The notes below the pieces were generated by a model. It did no database searches and was not told the DNA's origin. It saw only the letters and a list, made by a program, of their open reading frames with translations. A stretch of 57,220 nucleotides of DNA, filler included, from Sphacelaria rigidula (Eukaryota), in assembly GCA_964200075.2 (NCBI GenBank). It is 8 parts of 8 records of this genome, joined end to end, with 100 filler letters (N's around TTAATTAATTAA, not from the genome) between each part and the next. Parts side by side here need not be neighbours in the genome. Positions count along the whole stretch, not along the records: positions 50,156 to 57,220 come from CAXNAA020016670.1; 7 more parts are not named here. One strand, 5' to 3'. The position numbers and the translations under genes are program-made. Below, one piece after another: positions 50,210-57,220 of this stretch. Each line of letters begins with the position of its first letter. Within the stretch, counting starts at the first letter, position 1.

Positions 50210-53118
50210 GAGGGTTCCCAAAGGGTTAAGCGCCCATTGCACCGCTGGCACCACGTCCACCAACTCGGAAATCGCTCTACGCTGCTCGAGAAGAATAGAG
50301 CGGAGAGCACGAACTACTTCCTTGACCATGCGCTACAGCAAAGTGGTGATCAATACGCAAAGCCTCTCGCAATCAGGCCAAGATCGCATTCTTTAAGTGC
50401 GTGGCGGTATCACTCACCCACACACAAGGCACCCCCAAAGGTTCGCACCAATTCAACAAAGACGAAGCAGTCGATACAGCAGTACACACTGCGACTGGTT
50501 CCAGAGCCACAAAGCTGCTCAAATCATCCATGGTTACCAAAATGTATCGGAAGCCAGCACCCTCCGACAAACCTTGGGAAGCTAGCGGGCCACTCTCGCC
50601 CACGTACAAGAAGTCAAAATGAACGATTTCATTCAGCGTGGTCTCATGGACCGTTTCACCGAGCGGGCGGAGAACAACACCGCCCGCCCTCGCGTCAGCA
50701 CAGTGACGACACTGGCGGACAATTTCGCGCACAAACATTTCTATCCCGTGCCAAACACAAAACTCTTGCAAGCGCACGAGCGTCGGAGCCACACCACGAT
50801 GCCCGGCGTTACGCATGTGCGCGCAAATCATCAGACGTACGTGCAACTGCTTGTCAGAACTCGGAATCCACAAAACGTTTCGGCCACGCATCCACACGAA
50901 ACAGACCTTCATTTTCCAAGATAGAAGTACCAACGTCCGACTCGAAATATTGCACATCTGCATCTTCGGCCCCAAGGTCTTTCCGTTGCGCTTAGCGGAC
51001 AACATATTTGGACGGCATCGAGTCATCAGGTTCACACGGACCATACACAGCCACAGCGCGCACAGGCATTCGAATTTCAACTGTAGGTACCTGCATGACC
51101 AAACTACCCCAATGGCACTCAGATGCATCCGGAAACATCAACACCTGACAATCAGGACGAGGATGGAACAGCGTCACGGCATGAGCCACCAGATGCTCCG
51201 CTGCCGCCGACGCCTGCAGCCTGCCCCCCGTCCACGATGCAGCCTTCTTCGAAAACGCCATATCTGGACTGGACCACTCCGCCTGCATATTTCGTAACAG
51301 CAACCCGAGCGCCAAAAGAGCCGTCATGCACAATGCCAAACAACTCGACTTCACTGGATCATACCGCCGCGGATTCGTCTTCACCGCGGACGCCCCAGGT
51401 TTTGGCTGAACACGCATGGGCTCCACGCGCAAAGGGGGGTCACCCCGCAGTGCACGACGAAACGCGTTGACGCGGCGATGCAAGATGCCGCGCAGGCGTT
51501 CCGCTTTGGGGACGCTGAGGCCTTTTGCCACAGCACCCGTCGCGCTCTCCTCCAGCGCGACCTTCCGAGCGGACTCCTCTTCCGCCGGGTCCATGAACAT
51601 ATCCGGGCCGCGTTCTACTACGCGTTTCACCGCCGCATTCCGCTCCTTGGTCACCTTCCCCCCAGCCTCCTGAAAAGCATCCACCGACAAGCTCACGCGA
51701 CGACTGCCCAAAAAGGCGGGCGTCTCCGCGTGCGGACCAGGCGGAGACATCTGCGTCTTGATGAGGTCGGCTCCTAGATCATGTAGCGTCGGCAGCCCCA
51801 GAAGAACAACGCCATCCGACCTGGCAAAATCGCAAACGAGATCGGAGGCAACTGCGCCGGCACCCAGGAAGTCATCAAAGTCAGCTGCCCCGGAACAGTA
51901 CATTCTGCGACGTAAAGATGCTGATCCGACGCTGTGAAGGCCTGCAGCGCCCCGAGCGAAAACGGAATGCGCAGCGGCACACCCGGGAGAGGATGCTCCA
52001 ACATCTCTACAATCTGTACCGACAGACTCACCACCCGTTGCGGAGCAGCAGCACCTACGGCGGCGCCGGATCCATAATCAGGCCCATACTGACGCCGCTG
52101 CCCCTGCTGTTGCTGCCGAGGACTCGACTGCGACCCTCCACCACCGGAGTATCCGCCACCGCCACCACGATTACCTCGTCTTTTGCCTGTGTGCTGACGA
52201 TACTGATGGAGCGCAGCATGAGATTGCCCAGACTCTCTACCGGAAGACGTTGGGCAATCGCGCGCGTAATGGCCGACCTGGCCATAACGGTGGCAAGTGC
52301 TCACCGTATGCCCAGCATGCTTTTTGATCGCCGCAACTAATTGCGGCGGGGTGGTCGTGATATTTTTATGCTCCAAACGAGTAAACACTCTCTGCACATA
52401 AGTTGGCACTGGTGGAGCAATTGGCACCACTTGATGCCGCGTAGCACCCCCTGCGCTAGCGTGCTTTACGCGCTCCTTGTACTCAAAGTATTTCGTAATA
52501 AAGGTGCGAGGTGCACTCTCTGAGTACCTATCCCCATATTGGGGAGGTCGCAAATCTCCCCGCATGATCACGGGTGTCGCCAGAGCTGTCGCTGTAACCA
52601 GCTATCTGCGAACCTTTGCAGGCCGGCGGACCTTCGCGAGTTTCCCTTTCCTTGCTTTGTCGCCGCACCACACAGTCGTAGGGGCCTCCAAACTCCCGCT
52701 GCACGCAGCTTCAGCAAGTCTCCAGTCTGGATCAATCACAGAACAGCCGCCTCTCTACAGCTGCCTCAGCTGGAACCCTCTCCAAGCGCCCGTGGTGTAT
52801 CAGGTTTTCACAGCTCCCAGACTACCAAAATTCTTTGTTCCTAGCACGAACACTAGCTCTAATATCGATATGGTGACGCCAGGCAGTGAAACACTGTTGG
52901 ATCACTGCTGTTGAGGGACTCCCCAGTCTTACTGGCCTCAGTTTCAGTCGTCAGCCTTTACAACATTCTCATTATTCAGGAGTGACCTTCGAGGGCACCC
53001 ACCGAGACACGCCAGAGTATCAACCTAGTGTCCCCAGTCATTATCCAGATCATCACTAGCAACGGTCATTATCCATATTATCACTACCAACTCAACGTAA
53101 CGGCGAATTTTTGTCACA
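50210..53118 (-). mobile_element. Ty3/Gypsy lineage A, internally deleted: LTR 52872-53118, gag, protease, RNase H remnant, integrase
   Basis: gag RPPQYGDRYSE and CHRYGQVGHYARDC; LMFPDASECHWG; integrase H..GHRG..CRHC and VHFDFL..MDDLS..SDTATH. Confidence 0.92.
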
Positions 53119-54128
53119 GATCCGAGACAGAGAGAGTGATCATGGGAGACACTACGGGTACCGGTGCTACCTCACACATAATTATATCTCTACCCCAGTC
53201 TTGACACAGATGAGAACAGAAAAGCTGATGACAAGCAAAATCTCAATACAAGGAACGTTCCGGCAACGTGATCTGTTGTGCACATGAACATCAAATTCGT
53301 ATCAGACCATACCATTCAACCATGAAACTTGTATCTCATATCGACTGCTGTGAACAATTCGATATATCGAACTGGATGTTCCCACCCTGCCATCCTTCAA
53401 CAGCCAAATCAAAGATTCATGTCCAAACGTTACTTTACTCCGAGGCATGTGTGCCCGAGAGATTACTAATCCTGAGGTAAGTTCCTCTTCAAATGCCATG
53501 ACAATAGCCCACACTGAGGCGTGAGTTTGCAGAAGCTCAAAGGGCTTCGAAGACTCACGTTTCACCACAATCTCCCACACCACAAGAAGGGGGTAAGATG
53601 AAACACAACAAGGAGCAATGGGAAATTCCCCTAGTCTGGCAAATGACGCACTTCAGCCTCCGTGCTTGACCCACGCGGTTACGCTATCATCCACTAGCCT
53701 TACAACTACGGCCTGTAGTATTAGCACGTGACCCGGATGGTCAAATTATCAACCCACCAACACAACACACAACCTACGCTTCGCGGATAGGAGCAGCGCG
53801 TCATCCGGACGGGCTTACTATCAATTACTCTGGAAACTTACACAAACCAGGCTATTCCTCAGGCAACGGGAACTGTGGTACCCACGGTCGAACGAACATC
53901 AAGGGGGAGCGCGACACTCGCGGAAGAATTTCACGTTGATTGGTTTCAAGGGGCCCGCCAGGGCATAAAAATTAAGAAGACATCACTTTCAACATTGTGG
54001 TAGTGCATGCAAAACCTCATACCGGTGTAAGGACCGACGAGATAGCTCGCGGTATAGGGTCCGGGAGCGGCAGCAGTGGCCGATTGAAGTTCCAGGACCG
54101 TGCAGCGATAATCACCGCGCCACGCGTA

Positions 54129-55160
54129 CTGAGGAAGCCCGGGGGGTCGGTCATCCGTTTCCGCACGCGCCAACAACAAAATCCACCGTGTCAATTTGCT
54201 GGGGAAGCCCTTGGGGCATCGGTCATCCGTTGGCACAAATATCGAACACACAGCCGGTTATATGAAGTAACACTCACTAAAGAAGCCCTTGGGGAATTGG
54301 TCTTCCGTCTCCGCAAATGTTGGGTTGAGGAGAAGAGACGGGGTGTCTCGGATCCAATGATTCACAAGGGAGCGAAAGTCGTGGAGACGCAGGAACAAAA
54401 ACAAGAAACACAATAGAACGAGGGGAAAAAAAGTATAATGGACACCTACACACGACAATTTGCTGAGGAAGCCCTTGGGGTATCGGTCATCCGTTGGCAC
54501 AAATGTCGATCACACAGCTGATTACGTAAAGTGACATTTACTGAGGAAGCCCTTGGGGTATCGGTCATCCGTTTTCGCAAATGTTCGGCTGAAAAGAAGG
54601 GACGGGTCGTCTCGGGTCCGACAGGCCACTAGAACCGCATGTGTTGGTGGCTTCCGTGAAGGTCGGAGAGACGCAGGAAACACGGGATCTTACAAATTGG
54701 AGATGGATCATTTATTGGGGATGAGAAACCCGGAGGATCAAAATCTTCGTATCCGCACCAAATATTCGAAATGTGATTACATTTCTTCACCTACTGATAG
54801 CTATTGACAACTGCTACATGCCATGAAAATTTGGATTTCGATCACCGAAATGTTGAGGTCCCAGGAAAAAAAACAGTTTTGGGGAATTCCGGGTGTCCGA
54901 GCGGACGCAAAATGGTTCCGAAATTGTTTTTCCCCCCTAGGACCCCAAAATTTCGGTGATCGAAATCCAAATTTTCACGGCATGTAGCATTTCTCAACAG
55001 CTATCAATAGGTGAAAAAATGGAATCATATGTCGAATATTTGGTACGGATACGAATATTTTAATGCTCCGGGTTTCTCATCCCCAATAAATGATCCATTC
55101 CCAATTTGTAAGATCCCGTGTTAGGAACAAAAACAAGAAAAATCGACACAATGAACAAGA
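54129..55160. repeat. Higher-order repeat: five ~33-bp cores within a duplicated ~263-bp unit
   Basis: CTGAGGAAGCCCTTGGGGTATCGGTCATCCGTT variants at about 54129, 54199, 54277, 54462 and 54541. Confidence 0.85.
54679..55122. mobile_element. 444-bp foldback MITE with 4-bp TSD
   Basis: ~185-bp inverted arms AACACGGGATCTTACAAATTGG / CCAATTTGTAAGATCCCGTGTT; AGGA on both sides; empty site visible in the paralogous unit near 54385. Confidence 0.93.
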
Positions 55161-55581
55161 GAAGAAGGTGGCGGAGACCCTCACAGCTAGCAAGGAGCAA
55201 CTGCAGTGAGTACTCCGGCACAGAATGGATGACAGTGGAGGGAAAGACTACAACCTGGTCTCAGGTCTCCAGGAATGTCGAGCCGAACGAGGACGGAAGG
55301 GTGAAGCTGCGGAATAGTCGCAACTCACAACTCCATACGATGGACACACACACGTCCTCAAGTAATTCACCAGTTCACCATTTTCAGGTGGGTTGTTGGA
55401 TGTAAAACCTCAATGTGGGGTCTGCACAAATACCGTACGGCGGGCTATGATAGTTGTTCGAGCCAATTTTCTTCGTACATGAATGTGTTCGAACAAAGGC
55501 ACCACAGTTCCAGAATCATATCAACCCGACCTCCAACATGTGGGGCAGCTCCAAAACGGCATGGAGACGCGACCATTTACC

Positions 55582-55722
55582 CACACACACATAAGCATAC
55601 ACGCACACGCATACACACTTATTCGTATACACACATAGACATACAGGCATATAGGCATACACGCATACACGCATACATGCATATGCAGATACACACATAC
55701 ACCCACATACGCACACATACAT
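55582..55722. repeat. Degenerate (CA/CATA)n microsatellite
   Basis: Visible low-complexity run. Confidence 0.85.
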
Positions 55723-55847
55723 AAGAAGGGGGGTTGCGGCCATGATGTGGAAGCAGCTAGGCGACGGTGTACGGGGAAGGTAGGATAGAATGTATCAAAA
55801 CTTGGCTTCCTTCAATGAACTGTCGGTATTGTGGAGAACAGCGTCGT

Positions 55848-57054
55848 CTATGTTGCCATCATCATGACACTGGAGACACCAGAACCCGGGGCGAGCGGAC
55901 GACGCTTCAGTGTAGTAAACGTCATCTCGATCAGCTCAAGGGGGCCGGAGTCATCGAGGAAGCGGATGTAGTAGGAGTTGTCGGAGTCGGGGGCTGGTGA
56001 GTGAATCTTGTCTAACCACCAGAGGGAGTCCTGCGCCTTGTACCAAAAGTACGCGCCTTTCGGTAGACGTTTCCTGCGAAAAGAAAGCAAATATTGCGCA
56101 CGCGAAACAAGGTTACAACCAGCCATGATGAACCGGGCCGAATGCTCCCGGGCCAGCTCCCGTGCCGCCGCGCCCTTCCGCATAGTCCTGTATCTTGGGT
56201 TCAACGGACGGTGTTGCGCAACATCGCCTACCCAGTACAGCAAATACTGTCTACGGAGAAGCCGATAGTCGACTTCCCGTCCCCACATGACCCGCATCAA
56301 TCCTTTCCAGTGCGTCTGATACATTACTGCTATTTTACCACCACGACCGCGGACCAGTTGGTGTCCATTGATATAATCGACTACTACGCGTTCAACGGGG
56401 GCGTGAACATCTTCAGCCGTGACATGAAAAGGTGGCGACTTGGTGGCGTGCCTCGTCAATACGTACTGGCTGAGTCCGAACGGCAATTGTTTGAGCATGT
56501 CAGTGGTATCGTGCGGGGCGGTGCAAGGTTTACAGTGCCAGACAGACACGCGGTTTTTCTGCGGAGGCCCAGCCTCATCTGTGGGGAAATCGAGGCACAA
56601 AATGTTTCCCCCGATGGGTCGATCATCCGGTGCTGTAGCACTGGGCCCAACGCCCAACATTTTCCCCGGCCTGGTCCAATTGAGGGACAGCTTGGCTTTC
56701 AACACCTTATCCGGCGAATCCTTATTTGCGCTGGTTCCTTGGCGAGTTGTCTGTACATCGTTGTACACCCACGCTCATGCACCTATCTTCCACACTGGGC
56801 GCTTATGCATCATCGCGTCCAACGTGGCATTGACACTTATCGCTTTTGCCAAATTGATTTGGTTTTGCTCGCGCACCAAATCATATGCCAACCTCAGACG
56901 ATGAGCCAGAAGGCCATGATGCTCCTTGATATTCCGGTCCAAACTCTGATGACCGCCCACGGTGCCGCGCTCGAATATGGTCAACGGCAGTCACGGCACG
57001 CGACCAATGTGAATTTCATTTGGTGCAAGGCCGGTGGCGGTGTGGACCGAATCG
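55848..57054 (-). pseudogene. Ty3/Gypsy integrase C-terminus with chromo-like and Tudor-like domains
   Basis: Degenerate GPY/F region KLSLNWTRPGKML, then INGHQLVRG..YQTHWKG..WGRE and GAYFWYK..LWWLDKI..YYIRFLDD; interrupted upstream by the MITE at 57055. Confidence 0.8.
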
Positions 57055-57220
57055 GACACTTTCTACGATAGTCCCCCCGAAAACCAGCCAAGAAGTGTCA
57101 CGAAAAAAATGGCCATACAGCGCCTGATGCTTGGGTTCAGGCTGCATGAAGCGCATCATATTGGCGACATTGGCTAGAACGAACCCAAGGGTGGGAATTT
57201 CCAGCTACCCATTGTGCTCG
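57055..57220. mobile_element. Second copy of the 36923 MITE, cut by the window end
   Basis: Aligns with 36923-37089 from the first base, GACACTTTCTACGATAG. Confidence 0.88.

Noticed and set aside
54129-54620. CRISPR-like 33-bp repeats with 40-45-bp spacers
   Set aside because: Spacers 4 and 5 duplicate spacers 2 and 3, spacing is irregular and the repeats are degenerate: a tandem duplication.
56094-57071. 325-aa plus-strand ORF (and similar ORFs at 16830, 32949, 50237)
   Set aside because: Antisense shadows of GC-rich retrotransposon coding sequence, with no motifs of their own.

Overview
This window is not one locus. It is eight 7,065-bp pieces (1-7065, 7166-14230, 14331-21395, 21496-28560, 28661-35725, 35826-42890, 42991-50055, 50156-57220) joined by identical 100-bp N44-TTAATTAATTAA-N44 linkers, so adjacency across linkers means nothing. 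The DNA is intron-rich, repeat-rich and eukaryotic; gene structure and repeat style suggest a brown alga (inference). Three partial spliced host genes can be reconstructed by hand: a fimbrin/plastin-type CH domain followed by IQ motifs (piece 1, minus), an SNF5/INI1-like gene (piece 6, minus) and a SMYD-like post-SET/TPR gene (piece 7, plus). The rest is mostly decayed transposons: two Ty3/Gypsy lineages, APE-type LINEs, tRNA-derived SINEs, hAT and TA-flanked MITEs, and several foldback elements. The best leads are: (i) a recurring class of TIR elements with 5'-RACA(C/G) ends and 4-bp non-TTAA target duplications, plus a possible KDZ-like transposase relic; (ii) a Gypsy integrase tail with tandem chromo-like and Tudor-like domains; (iii) the CH+IQ protein; (iv) a perfect 44-bp palindrome at a tRNA-Asp-derived head. 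All domain calls come from motif recognition by eye, not database searches.
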